Source of the DNA: Acidimicrobiia bacterium
GTDB lineage: Bacteria > Actinomycetota > Acidimicrobiia > Acidimicrobiales > Bin134
DNA: 64,000 nucleotides
Reading direction: 5' to 3'
Assembly (NCBI GenBank): GCA_009842675.1
Contig: VYEX01000062.1
Span: 102,295 to 166,294, forward strand
The notes below the pieces were generated by a model. The model did not search any database and had not been told where the DNA came from. It was given only the letters and a program-made list of their open reading frames with translations. The position numbers were made by a program, and so were the translations under genes. Shown here piece by piece: positions 1-8,004 of the stretch; the first letter of the stretch is position 1; every line of letters starts with the position of its first letter.

Positions 1-327
1 CCCGATCTGGGTGTCGAATATCCGACGAGGCCTGGTACCGCACTCGTGGTAGAGCACCTCCAAGTCCTGCTCGGCGGCATGGAGCACCGCGAGCCCTTCA
101 CCGTCCAGCAGCTTGGCCAGCGGGGTGACGGGAACTGCCAGCGGGTCGATGACTGCCAGTTGATCGTGCCAGGCGATTTGAACCAGTGCGAGCCGCGGGT
201 AATAGGTGCGCTCGCGGTGGAACTCAGTGTCGAGGGCGTAGGCATCTGCGGCCGACGCGTCAGCCACCACCGCTGACAGCTTGCGCCGGGTGGTGACCGG
301 CACCGGGAGGCCCGTCTTGCGGCTCAA
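1..327 (-). CDS. rnd: ribonuclease D, N-terminal part (gene continues past the left edge)
   Basis: Own minus-strand translation; the ORF is absent from the track because it is open at the window edge. It reads ...AYALDTEFHRERTYYPRLALVQIAWHDQLAVIDPL...LHAAEQDLEVLYHE...RIFDTQIG, which carries the DEDD exonuclease motifs in the RNase D arrangement. A candidate TTG start at 327 overlaps the rhodanese stop (TTGA). Confidence 0.7.
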   Translation of the reverse strand, partial: MSRKTGLPVPVTTRRKLSAVVADASAADAYALDTEFHRERTYYPRLALVQIAWHDQLAVIDPLAVPVTPLAKLLDGEGLAVLHAAEQDLEVLYHECGTRPRRIFDTQIG

Positions 328-644
328 TCGACTGTTGGCCCGGAGTCGTAGGGATAGCCGGCCTCCACCCACCCATTGGTACCCCCTGCGACGTTGGTAC
401 AGGTCCAGCCGCGGGCAGTCAGATATTCAGCTGCCTTCAGGCTCCTTCCGCCCAATGCGCAGATCATGTACAAGTGATTGCCGGGCAAATCCGAAACACG
501 CTCGGGGATGGTTTCCAGAGGAATGAGGATCGCTCCCGGGACGCGAGCTTCGGCATACTCATCGGGCTCCCGCACGTCGATGAGCGAAATATCACCTGAC
601 AAAAGCTCAGCGAGCTCCGCAACGCCGATCTCAGGGATTTCCAC
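324..644 (-). CDS. single-domain rhodanese-like sulfurtransferase
   Basis: ORF 324..740 contains LIDVREPDEYAEARVPGAILIP and the active-site loop CALGGRS. I trimmed the start to the in-frame GTG at 644, the first start codon after the mobA stop. This gives about 106 aa, typical for the family. Confidence 0.7.
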   Translation of the reverse strand: MEIPEIGVAELAELLSGDISLIDVREPDEYAEARVPGAILIPLETIPERVSDLPGNHLYMICALGGRSLKAAEYLTARGWTCTNVAGGTNGWVEAGYPYDSGPTVD

Positions 645-666
645 CTCGACGAGGTTAGTTGGCCAG

Positions 667-1248
667 TCAAAGGTCTTCGGGACTGTCGATGTCTGCCACT
701 GCCAACGGAGGCGCGGGCACGTCGATAACAGCGGCCTCATCCAGCAGCGAGGCTACGGCGCGCTGACCGGATTCGAACAGGCGCGTGGCCAAGGCCGCGG
801 CACTGGTATCAACTGCCAAGGGCAGATAATGGCGGCGCTCATCGGTGAACACTGCCGCCAACGGAGCTGCGGCAGGCGGAGCCGCGCGGACTGCCTGCAC
901 CAGCGCAGCCACATCATCCACCTTGATGGCAGGAAGATCGCAGGGCAAAATCACCGTCACGGGATGATTGGCCAGTCCCAACGCGGTGGCCACTGCCCCC
1001 AACGGACCCTCGCCGGGCCAGCGGTCAGCCACATGCTGGGCGTGGGCTGCGGATGCGGCCTTGACCAGCTTCGGGTCGGTCCCTCCGACAATGAGACGCT
1101 GCGAAGCGCCAGACAACGCCTCCAATGCCCGGGTTATAAGCCACGTACCCCCTACCTCAATGAACGCTTTGTCGGTACCCATCCGCTGACTCTTTCCCCC
1201 AGCCAGCACAGCACCGGTGAACTGCGGCAAGTCTTCGCTAGCCGCCAT
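667..1248 (-). CDS. mobA: molybdenum cofactor guanylyltransferase
   Basis: 193 aa. N-terminal GAVLAGGKSQRMGTDKAF matches the MobA LAGGxxxRMG nucleotide-binding signature. PCDLP is present downstream. Confidence 0.75.
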   Translation of the reverse strand: MAASEDLPQFTGAVLAGGKSQRMGTDKAFIEVGGTWLITRALEALSGASQRLIVGGTDPKLVKAASAAHAQHVADRWPGEGPLGAVATALGLANHPVTVILPCDLPAIKVDDVAALVQAVRAAPPAAAPLAAVFTDERRHYLPLAVDTSAAALATRLFESGQRAVASLLDEAAVIDVPAPPLAVADIDSPEDL

Positions 1249-1801
1249 AATTCATGCGGGTGTCCTCCATGCGCAGAACGGGAGTGTCCTCGTCGTGCTG
1301 AAAGCCGCAGTCAACCACTTCGCCGATGAACAAGGTGTGGGCCCCGGTAACGACTGTGTCGCGCACCACACAGTCGAGATAGGCGGGGGCGCAGTCCAAT
1401 ATGGGCGCGCCGGTGACGCCGTCGTGGAACGCGAAGCCGTTGAGCGTCATGGCTGCCAAGTCAACCTCGACCGGTTTGGTGAACTTGCGCACGATGGCCC
1501 GGTCCTCCCGGGCGATAGTGCACAAACTGAACACCCCGCCCTCAGAGATGAGCTCGTGGGTATAGGCCGGATGCTCGACCCCTATACCCACCAGCTTCGG
1601 CTCGAAGGCCAGTTGGGTAGCCCAGTTGAGCGTCATGCCGTTGCGACGCTCCCCCGCCCGCGATCCCACCACATATAGCCCATAGGGCAGGCTCCACAAG
1701 ACCCGCCTTCGGAGCCGATCATAGGCGTCTTGGGCCTCAGGGTCGTCCCCTACTTGGCCGGGAAACGGGCCGATGGGTCCGGTGCCGCCCGGTGCCGCCA
1801 T
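1238..1801 (-). CDS. flavin reductase-like FMN-binding protein
   Basis: The C-terminal 187 aa of ORF 1238..2083 (YGLYVVGSRAGERRNGMTLNWATQ...TLFIGEVV) matches the flavin reductase domain. I trimmed the start to ATG 1801, because the upstream part of the ORF overlaps the DUF3151 gene, which ends at 1803. Confidence 0.7.
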   Translation of the reverse strand: MAAPGGTGPIGPFPGQVGDDPEAQDAYDRLRRRVLWSLPYGLYVVGSRAGERRNGMTLNWATQLAFEPKLVGIGVEHPAYTHELISEGGVFSLCTIAREDRAIVRKFTKPVEVDLAAMTLNGFAFHDGVTGAPILDCAPAYLDCVVRDTVVTGAHTLFIGEVVDCGFQHDEDTPVLRMEDTRMNYGG

Positions 1802-1802
1802 G

Positions 1803-2249
1803 TCACTCTCTCCAATCGGTGGGAGGCCACGACGGATCGAGTTGGTGCAGGAAGTGCAGGCAGCGCTCCTCTTCGTCTCTTTCGCCAATGGCTGCCGCGG
1901 TGGCCTGCAATCCAGCCAGGGCTCGCAGAAAGCCCCGGTTGACTTCATGGGCCCAGCGAACATAGCCCGACCCCCGCCATCCGTTCTGGCGCAACCGGTC
2001 CAATCCCCGGTGATAGCCCACCCGGAAGGCGGCATAGGCCTCGGCCTGGTCCTGGGCCAGTAGTCCCAGTCGGGCCCAGCCATCCAGGAAGCGAGGGAAT
2101 TGGGACACCACGTCAGCCACCGCGGCTCTCCTACTGCCCTCGGGTTGACTCATCGCCTCGGCCAAAGCGGCCACCGCTTGGGAAGGTTCCGGGTCCAATA
2201 CCGTCTCGGGTGGCCCCGACCGGGTCAGATTTACCGGCGCATCGGTCAT
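1803..2249 (-). CDS. DUF3151 family protein
   Basis: The stretch AYAAFRVGYHRGLDRLRQNGWRGSGYVRWAHEVNRGFLRALAGL...IGERDEEERCLHFL matches the conserved core I recall for actinobacterial DUF3151 proteins. Start taken at the internal Met (MTDAPVN). Confidence 0.7.
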   Translation of the reverse strand: MTDAPVNLTRSGPPETVLDPEPSQAVAALAEAMSQPEGSRRAAVADVVSQFPRFLDGWARLGLLAQDQAEAYAAFRVGYHRGLDRLRQNGWRGSGYVRWAHEVNRGFLRALAGLQATAAAIGERDEEERCLHFLHQLDPSWPPTDWRE

Positions 2250-2268
2250 GGGCGCAATCCTTCTATGG

Positions 2269-3687
2269 TCAGTAGACGCGCACCAAGCGCAGCACATCAG
2301 TGGCTTCGGCCATGCCCGCCACCACCGCAACCACATCGCCGGGCACAACGTGCCCCTCCTCCTTGGCCAGACTCAAGGCTTCGCTGACCCGGGCTTCGTA
2401 AGTGCCCGATTCAAGGGCCAACATCGGAGTGACCCCCCAACTCAACGTCAGCTGTTGAACGGTGCGCTCCGATGTGCTGAATCCCAAGATGGCAGTTTGG
2501 GGCCGAAAGCGAGCCATGGAGCGCACAGTGAATCCCGATGCCGATATGCAAACAATGGCGGCCAGATTTAGCTCGTTGGCCGTGGTCGCTGCGGCCCCGG
2601 TCATGGCGTCGGTCACCGAAGTGGGGGCGTCGACGTCGGTCATGCGCAATCGCCGGATGTTCTCCCCCCAGCGGACATAGTCGAACTCGTCATCAGCACG
2701 CTCGGCGATTCGAGCCATAGTGGCCACCGTGGCCGCGGGGTGGGCGCCAATCGCGGTCTCAGCCGACAGCATGACCGCACTGGTACCGTCGAACACCGCA
2801 TTGGCCACATCTGACACCTCCGCCCGGGTCGGCGTTGATGCCTGGACCATCGAGTCCAGCATCTGGGTGGCGGTTATCACCGGCAAGCCGCCAGCGATGC
2901 AGTCCCGGATAATCCGCTTTTGGAGGTGAGGGGTTTCCTCCATGAGGCATTCAGTGCCCAGATCGCCGCGGGCAACCATGATTCCCGCCGAGGCATCGAT
3001 GATGTCTTCCAAGTTATGGACGGCTGCCTGCGTCTCGATCTTGGCGATCACCAGCGGTCCAGTGGGGTGGGGATCCACGTTGACCCGACGAATGTCGTCG
3101 CCCGACCGAACAAACGAGATGGCCACCATATCTACCGACTGGTCAACAAACGCCTCCAAGCCCTGGAGATCCTCGGGCGTCGGAGTGGACATGCTGAGTC
3201 GGTCAGAGGGTATGCGGAACCCAGGACGACCATGGATCACATCGCCGTGAAGGATGATCCCGATGGCCTTGTCGGCCCCAACGTCGACAATCTGCAACAG
3301 CACCTGCCCGTCTCCCAGGGCAACCTGGTCGCCGACAGCGATGTCGTGGAGGAGGTTCTCGTAGTCAACCTCAACCACCTCGGCGGTGCTCTTGGCATCG
3401 CCCACCCTGATCTCCACCTCGGTGTCCACCCGCAACTGCACACCGTCTTGGCCGAAGCTGGCCGTGCGCACTTTCGGGCCGGGCAGGTCCACCAACACCC
3501 CCACGCGCCGGCCAGCTTCCTGGGCCACCTGGCGTACGAGACGCATCCGACCCAGAGCCTCGTCCAGCGTTCCGTGGGCCAGCCCTATGCGAGCCACGTC
3601 CATACCCGCGTCCACCATGGCCCGCAGAGTCTCGGGCGACTCCGATGCCGGGCCTATGGTGGCGATGATCTTGGTACGGCGGGGCAC
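2269..3687 (-). CDS. pyk: pyruvate kinase
   Basis: 472 aa. MPRRTKIIATIGPAS...MDVARIGLAHGT...MVARGDLG... are canonical pyruvate kinase motifs, and the length is right. Confidence 0.95.
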   Translation of the reverse strand: MPRRTKIIATIGPASESPETLRAMVDAGMDVARIGLAHGTLDEALGRMRLVRQVAQEAGRRVGVLVDLPGPKVRTASFGQDGVQLRVDTEVEIRVGDAKSTAEVVEVDYENLLHDIAVGDQVALGDGQVLLQIVDVGADKAIGIILHGDVIHGRPGFRIPSDRLSMSTPTPEDLQGLEAFVDQSVDMVAISFVRSGDDIRRVNVDPHPTGPLVIAKIETQAAVHNLEDIIDASAGIMVARGDLGTECLMEETPHLQKRIIRDCIAGGLPVITATQMLDSMVQASTPTRAEVSDVANAVFDGTSAVMLSAETAIGAHPAATVATMARIAERADDEFDYVRWGENIRRLRMTDVDAPTSVTDAMTGAAATTANELNLAAIVCISASGFTVRSMARFRPQTAILGFSTSERTVQQLTLSWGVTPMLALESGTYEARVSEALSLAKEEGHVVPGDVVAVVAGMAEATDVLRLVRVY

Positions 3688-3749
3688 GGTCTTTAACGCT
3701 ATCGCCCAACTCGGCCGATCTAGCGGTCTACCCGGCCCTGAACTGCCGA

Positions 3750-4535
3750 CTAATTCATGCGGGCTCGGGCCAGCGTGGCCAGCCGCCGAAGCTGCTCCTC
3801 GTCATCGTCCTCGGCAAATTGGGCCAGCTCATCGAATCGGCGGGCCGCCTCGTCAAACCGGCCCCGCTCCATGTTGATCATCCCGAGCTGCTTCACCTCG
3901 CCAGCGGGCACAGTCGGGCACATCGTTCGCAGCTCCAGCACCCATTCCAGATTGGCGTAGTCCTTGCTTTGCGCATAGATGGAACGAAGATTTCCCAGCA
4001 TTCGCTCCATAATCGACACGTGGTCCACCGGGGCCAAAAAAGCAGGATGGAAACCTTTGTCTCCCCCGGTGATCTGGTGGAACAGCTCCTCGCAGCCCTG
4101 GGCATCGAGTATCGCGCCCCCAGCGAAAACGTCGATGAAGGCGTCGGGTTCGTCGCGGTCCCTGATCAGGAAGTGACCGGGTAGGCCGATGCCCTCGAAG
4201 TGGTAGCCAATTCGCCTACCGATAGCGATGGCGAGCACGGCCAGGCTGATCGGGATTCCGGTGCGCCGGCGCATGACCTCGTTCAGAAACGAGTTGCGGG
4301 GGTCGTAGTAGTCCACCCGGTTGCCGTGAAAGCCCAGCTCACCGAAAAGGGAGTGCAGCATTCGATCCCGGCTCGAGCCGTCACATCGCTCGGCCAGCTC
4401 GCCCAACTGGGCGACTTCGGCTTCGAAGTCCATGTCGGGACAACCATGGGCCGCTATGCACAAGGCGCCCTCATGCAGCGCGAACTCTTCGTCTTGAAGC
4501 AGCTGGCCGAATTTCGCCGCGGGATCCCAAGCCAC
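3750..4535 (-). CDS. SirB1/transglutaminase-like family protein with C-terminal TPR-like region
   Basis: 261 aa. The RRTGIPISLAVLAIAIGRRIG...GLPGHFL core is typical of the UPF0162/SirB1 N-terminal domain. A helical repeat tail follows. Confidence 0.6.
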   Translation of the reverse strand: MAWDPAAKFGQLLQDEEFALHEGALCIAAHGCPDMDFEAEVAQLGELAERCDGSSRDRMLHSLFGELGFHGNRVDYYDPRNSFLNEVMRRRTGIPISLAVLAIAIGRRIGYHFEGIGLPGHFLIRDRDEPDAFIDVFAGGAILDAQGCEELFHQITGGDKGFHPAFLAPVDHVSIMERMLGNLRSIYAQSKDYANLEWVLELRTMCPTVPAGEVKQLGMINMERGRFDEAARRFDELAQFAEDDDEEQLRRLATLARARMN

Positions 4536-4549
4536 GAACGCAATCTAGC

Positions 4550-5326
4550 TTGGCCGCTAACCTTTCGGCGGTGTCTCGTTGGCCGTTCTTGGATCACGAC
4601 GGCCCGATCCCCATCGCCCATCGGGGCGGAGCCTTGGAAGGGCCAGAAAACACCATGGCCGCGTTTGCCGCCGCCATCGACCTCGGCTTCCGATACGTGG
4701 AGACCGACGTGCACGCCACTCGAGACGGCGTGCTGGTGGCGTTCCATGACGAGGGATTGAAGCGGCTCAGTGGGCGCCCGGAGGCCATTGCCGACCTTGC
4801 CTGGCGAGATCTTGAAACGGTGCGGGTCGGCGGTGGACACGCCATCCCCCGCTTCGAGGACCTCTTGGAAGCCTGGCCCGATCTCCGGATCGCGGTCGAT
4901 CCCAAGCATGACCAGGCCACTGTGCCGCTCATCGACGTTCTTCAGCGGTCGGATGCCATCGGCCGTGTCTGTGTCGGATCATTCTCTGGGCGCCGCCTAG
5001 CCACCGCTCGCCAGTTGGGCGGACCTCAGTTGTGCACCGGACTCAGCCCAAAAGAAGTCGGGCAGCTTCAGGCTGCCTCAGCCGGGCTGCCCATGAGAAT
5101 CAAAGCCGGCGCGTGTGCCCAGGTTCCCCCGACTGTCAAAGGTGTCCCGCTAGTCCACCAGCGGTTCGTCGACGCAGCCCACGACCAAGGACTGGCGGTG
5201 CACGTTTGGACCATTGACGACGCCGAAGAAATGCAACGGCTCCTTGATATCGGGGTGGACGGCATCATGACCGACCGGCCTACTGTGCTTCGCGACGTGC
5301 TCATGGAGCGCGGCACGTGGAACTGA
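4550..5326 (+). CDS. glycerophosphodiester phosphodiesterase family protein
   Basis: IAHRGGALEGPENTMAAFAAAIDLGFRYVETDVHATRDGVLVAFHD is the GDPD signature. The start is uncertain: TTG 4550 lies only 14 nt from the divergent neighbour, and GTG 4571 is an alternative. Confidence 0.8.
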   Translation: MAANLSAVSRWPFLDHDGPIPIAHRGGALEGPENTMAAFAAAIDLGFRYVETDVHATRDGVLVAFHDEGLKRLSGRPEAIADLAWRDLETVRVGGGHAIPRFEDLLEAWPDLRIAVDPKHDQATVPLIDVLQRSDAIGRVCVGSFSGRRLATARQLGGPQLCTGLSPKEVGQLQAASAGLPMRIKAGACAQVPPTVKGVPLVHQRFVDAAHDQGLAVHVWTIDDAEEMQRLLDIGVDGIMTDRPTVLRDVLMERGTWN

Positions 5327-5433
5327 GGGGTCGTTTCAGGCCCAAAATCGAGCTCTGCCCTGTGGTTAAATCGGTGTTTCTTGGGGATTTCTACTCACAG
5401 CAGTGGAAAACCCTGTGGATTTTGGATTTCCGC

Positions 5434-5461
5434 TTGACCTGGCATTTTCCCGCGCTATGGT
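5434..5461 (+). promoter_or_regulatory. sigma-70-like promoter (TTGACC - 16 nt - TATGGT) driving the downstream structured RNA
   Basis: TTGACC at 5434-5439 and TATGGT at 5456-5461. The region just upstream is locally AT-richer and carries a repeated CCCTGTGG (5360, 5411). Confidence 0.5.
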
Positions 5462-5467
5462 ATGCCC

Positions 5468-5747
5468 ACCTACCAGAGACGAGCGGAGGTAGCTGACCGA
5501 GCAGGAGCCCGCAAGGGCAAGGGTTCGACAGAGTTCCGCAGGGTCGCTGGAACGGGCCGAGGAAGTCGGTGGCACCACCGAAAGCCGAGGGCCGGGAAGG
5601 AGACCAGGTGCCGCAAGGATCTGGGGGGTAGGGACCGGGGAACCGGAGGGCGCAAGCCAACCGGGGAACCGAGACCGAACGGGATGGCCCCGAGAAGTCG
5701 ACCGGTTTCGGCCGGGAGGTTACTCGGGGCCTCCTGCTTTTCACCGG
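5468..5747 (+). ncRNA. unassigned structured RNA or long structured 5' leader (about 280 nt)
   Basis: Lies in a 460-bp gap with no credible ORF.
- GCAA-capped hairpins at 5507-5518, 5604-5624 and 5643-5664.
- A CGGUG/CACCG hairpin at 5567-5580.
- ACCGGGGAACCG repeated at 5634 and 5660.
- A 9-bp helix pairing 5686-5694 with 5723-5731.
- Possible closing pairing of 5499-5506 with 5732-5739.
- A TTTT run at 5738-5741.
The ends are approximate. Confidence 0.5.
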
Positions 5748-5789
5748 CGCTTCGCTTCTCAGTCCTCGCCCATAACTAGGGTATGCGCC

Positions 5790-6473
5790 GTGAGTGGACC
5801 CGCAGTCGCATTGCTGCACGGACTGGCCGGATCGGCCCGAAGGACCTGGGGAGACAACGCCTGGATCGACCTTCTGGCCGATGCAGACCGAGAAGTCATT
5901 GGGATTGACCTGATGGGCCATGGGACCGCCCCCAAGCCCCATCATTCCGAGGGCTACGCCGACTTCGACCAGCACGTGATCGACCATTTCCCTGACGAAC
6001 CCATCGACGCCATCGGGTTCTCACTGGGGGCCTACACCCTGTTGTCCATCGCCTCCAAGACCCCGGAGCAATTCCACCGGCTGGTGGTGTCCGGGGTGGG
6101 CAAGAACCTGTTCGAGAGGGATGAGGACCACAGCCGCATGATCCTTCACGCCGTGACCGGAGAACCCGACCCCGAGAACCCCGAAGCGCTCCACTTCTCC
6201 ACCCTGGCCGACGATCCCGAGGCCGACCGGGAGGCACTCGCTGCCCTTCTAGCCAGCCGCACCGCCTTCGACACCGATTGTCTGGCCGATGTCCGCGTTC
6301 CCACCCTGGTCGTCGTGGGCGACAAGGACTTCGCCTATCCCGCCGACCAACTGGTCGAAGCCCTCCCCGACGCTCGCCTGGTCGTCCTCCGGGGGGTAGA
6401 CCATTTCGCCACCCCCAAGTCTTTCGACTTCATCGATGCCGCGCTCGACTTCCTTGACGCCCGACCCTTCTAG
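5790..6473 (+). CDS. alpha/beta hydrolase fold protein
   Basis: 227 aa with a GTG start. Contains LLHGLAGS...GFSLGAY (nucleophile elbow GxSxG)...VVVGDKD...DHF. Confidence 0.7.
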   Translation: MSGPAVALLHGLAGSARRTWGDNAWIDLLADADREVIGIDLMGHGTAPKPHHSEGYADFDQHVIDHFPDEPIDAIGFSLGAYTLLSIASKTPEQFHRLVVSGVGKNLFERDEDHSRMILHAVTGEPDPENPEALHFSTLADDPEADREALAALLASRTAFDTDCLADVRVPTLVVVGDKDFAYPADQLVEALPDARLVVLRGVDHFATPKSFDFIDAALDFLDARPF

Positions 6474-6484
6474 TTAGTGGTCCA

Positions 6485-7945
6485 TCAGCGGAGTTGTTGA
6501 GCGGTCGGCACGAGGGGGACGGGTAGAAGGGTGTCGCCGCTGAGATATTCGTCGACTGCGGCGGCGCAGGCTCGACCTTCGGCAATGGCCCACACGATGA
6601 GGCTCTGACCGCGGCCGATGTCGCCGGCCACAAACACGCCGGGCACCGTGCTCATCCAGTTATCGTCTCGGGCTACGTTGCCCCGCTCGGTGATCTCCAC
6701 CCCCAACTCATCGAGCAAACCGCCGGTCTCGGGTCCTGTGAAGCCAAGGGCCAAGAGCACCAAGTCGGCCTTGAACTCACGCTCCGTGCCTTCGACCGGG
6801 TTGAAGGTCATCCGCCCGCCCTCGAACGACTGCTCCACATCAATGGTGCGCAGAGCCTCCACTTTGCCGCCCGATCCGGTGAATTCCACCGTGTTGATGG
6901 CGTAGATCTGGGTGCCCCCCTCCTCATGGGCCGACGACGATCGGTACATGAGCGGCCAAGTAGGCCACGGGGTTGAACCGTCCCGCTCATCGGGCGGGCG
7001 AGGCAGAATCTCGAACTGGTGGATGGAGGCTGCCCCGTGGCGGTGGGCGGTCCCCAGGCAGTCGGCGCCGGTGTCGCCCCCGCCGATGATGATCACATGC
7101 TTTCCAGCCGCTGAGAACGGGTGCTCTTCCAGATCGCCCTCCTGCACCCGGTTGGACGGCGGTAAGTACTCCATGGCCTGATAGATGCCCTCGAGCTCTC
7201 GACCGGGAATGGGGAGATCCCGCCATTGGGTGGCGCCACCAGCCAGCACCACAGCGTCGTATTGCTCGGTCAGCTCAGCCGCGCTGATGTCGACGCCAAC
7301 GTTCACCCCGGACTTGAATTCCGTCCCCTCAGCCCCCATCTGGGCCAGCCGGCGGTCGAGGTGGCGCTTCTCCATCTTGAATTCAGGGATGCCATAGCGC
7401 AACAGCCCGCCAATGCGGTCGGCCCTCTCGAACACCACCACATCGTGGCCCGCCCGAGTGAGCTGCTGGGCCGCGGCCAGACCGGCGGGCCCCGATCCCA
7501 CCACCGCCACCGAACGCCCGGTGCGATCGTCGCACACCACCGGGGTGATCCATCCCTCTTCCCAGGCCCGGTCCACTATCTCCACCTCGACCTGCTTGAT
7601 GGTCACCGGGTCTTCGTTGATGCCCAGCACGCAAGCTGCCTCGCACGGGGCCGGGCACAGCCGTCCGGTGAACTCGGGGAAGTTGTTGGTGGCGTGGAGC
7701 CGCTCGATGGCCTCACGCCAGTTGTCCCGATAGACGAGGTCGTTCCAGTCGGGGATCAGATTGCCCAGCGGGCAGCCGTTGTTGCAGAACGGAATGCCGC
7801 AGTCCATGCATCGTGACGCTTGGGTGCGCACTGACTCGGCGTCGAAGTCCCGGTAGACCTCGTTCCAGTCCTTGATCCGCACCGGCACCGCCCGGCGCAC
7901 CGGCAGTTCGCGGCCGTGCTTGATGAATCCCCGAATATCACCCAT
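6485..7945 (-). CDS. gltD: glutamate synthase small subunit (NADPH)
   Basis: 486 aa. Contains CMDCGIPFC...CPLGNLIP...RLCPAPCE and VAVVGSGPAGLAAAQQL. Lies directly downstream of gltB. Confidence 0.93.
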   Translation of the reverse strand: MGDIRGFIKHGRELPVRRAVPVRIKDWNEVYRDFDAESVRTQASRCMDCGIPFCNNGCPLGNLIPDWNDLVYRDNWREAIERLHATNNFPEFTGRLCPAPCEAACVLGINEDPVTIKQVEVEIVDRAWEEGWITPVVCDDRTGRSVAVVGSGPAGLAAAQQLTRAGHDVVVFERADRIGGLLRYGIPEFKMEKRHLDRRLAQMGAEGTEFKSGVNVGVDISAAELTEQYDAVVLAGGATQWRDLPIPGRELEGIYQAMEYLPPSNRVQEGDLEEHPFSAAGKHVIIIGGGDTGADCLGTAHRHGAASIHQFEILPRPPDERDGSTPWPTWPLMYRSSSAHEEGGTQIYAINTVEFTGSGGKVEALRTIDVEQSFEGGRMTFNPVEGTEREFKADLVLLALGFTGPETGGLLDELGVEITERGNVARDDNWMSTVPGVFVAGDIGRGQSLIVWAIAEGRACAAAVDEYLSGDTLLPVPLVPTAQQLR

Positions 7946-8004
7946 GGAAGGCCGCTTTCAGGAGCGGAAACGGCACCCGTTCACGATGGGTTTCCTGCCT
8001 AGCC

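Noticed and set aside
1238-2083. A 281-aa version of the flavin reductase, and the 138-aa version of rhodanese (324..740).
   Set aside because: The N-terminal extensions overlap the upstream genes (DUF3151, mobA) by 70-280 nt and lack domain sequence. Internal starts give family-typical lengths.
5468-5747. Identification of the structured RNA as RNase P RNA, tmRNA, SRP RNA, or a cobalamin, ZTP, guanidine-I, TPP or ydaO riboswitch.
   Set aside because: There are only fragmentary resemblances: GAGGAAGUCGG versus the RNase P GAGGAAAGUCCGG, GGGUCGC...GGUGG..CCACCG versus the ZTP core, AGGGUUCG/GGCCGAGG versus ykkC, and GGGAAGG..AGACC versus the B12 element. In each case the invariant core is missing: the B12 box GCCACUG, the ZTP CCGCCUGGGC, the tRNA-like 3' end, and so on. 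I therefore left it unassigned.
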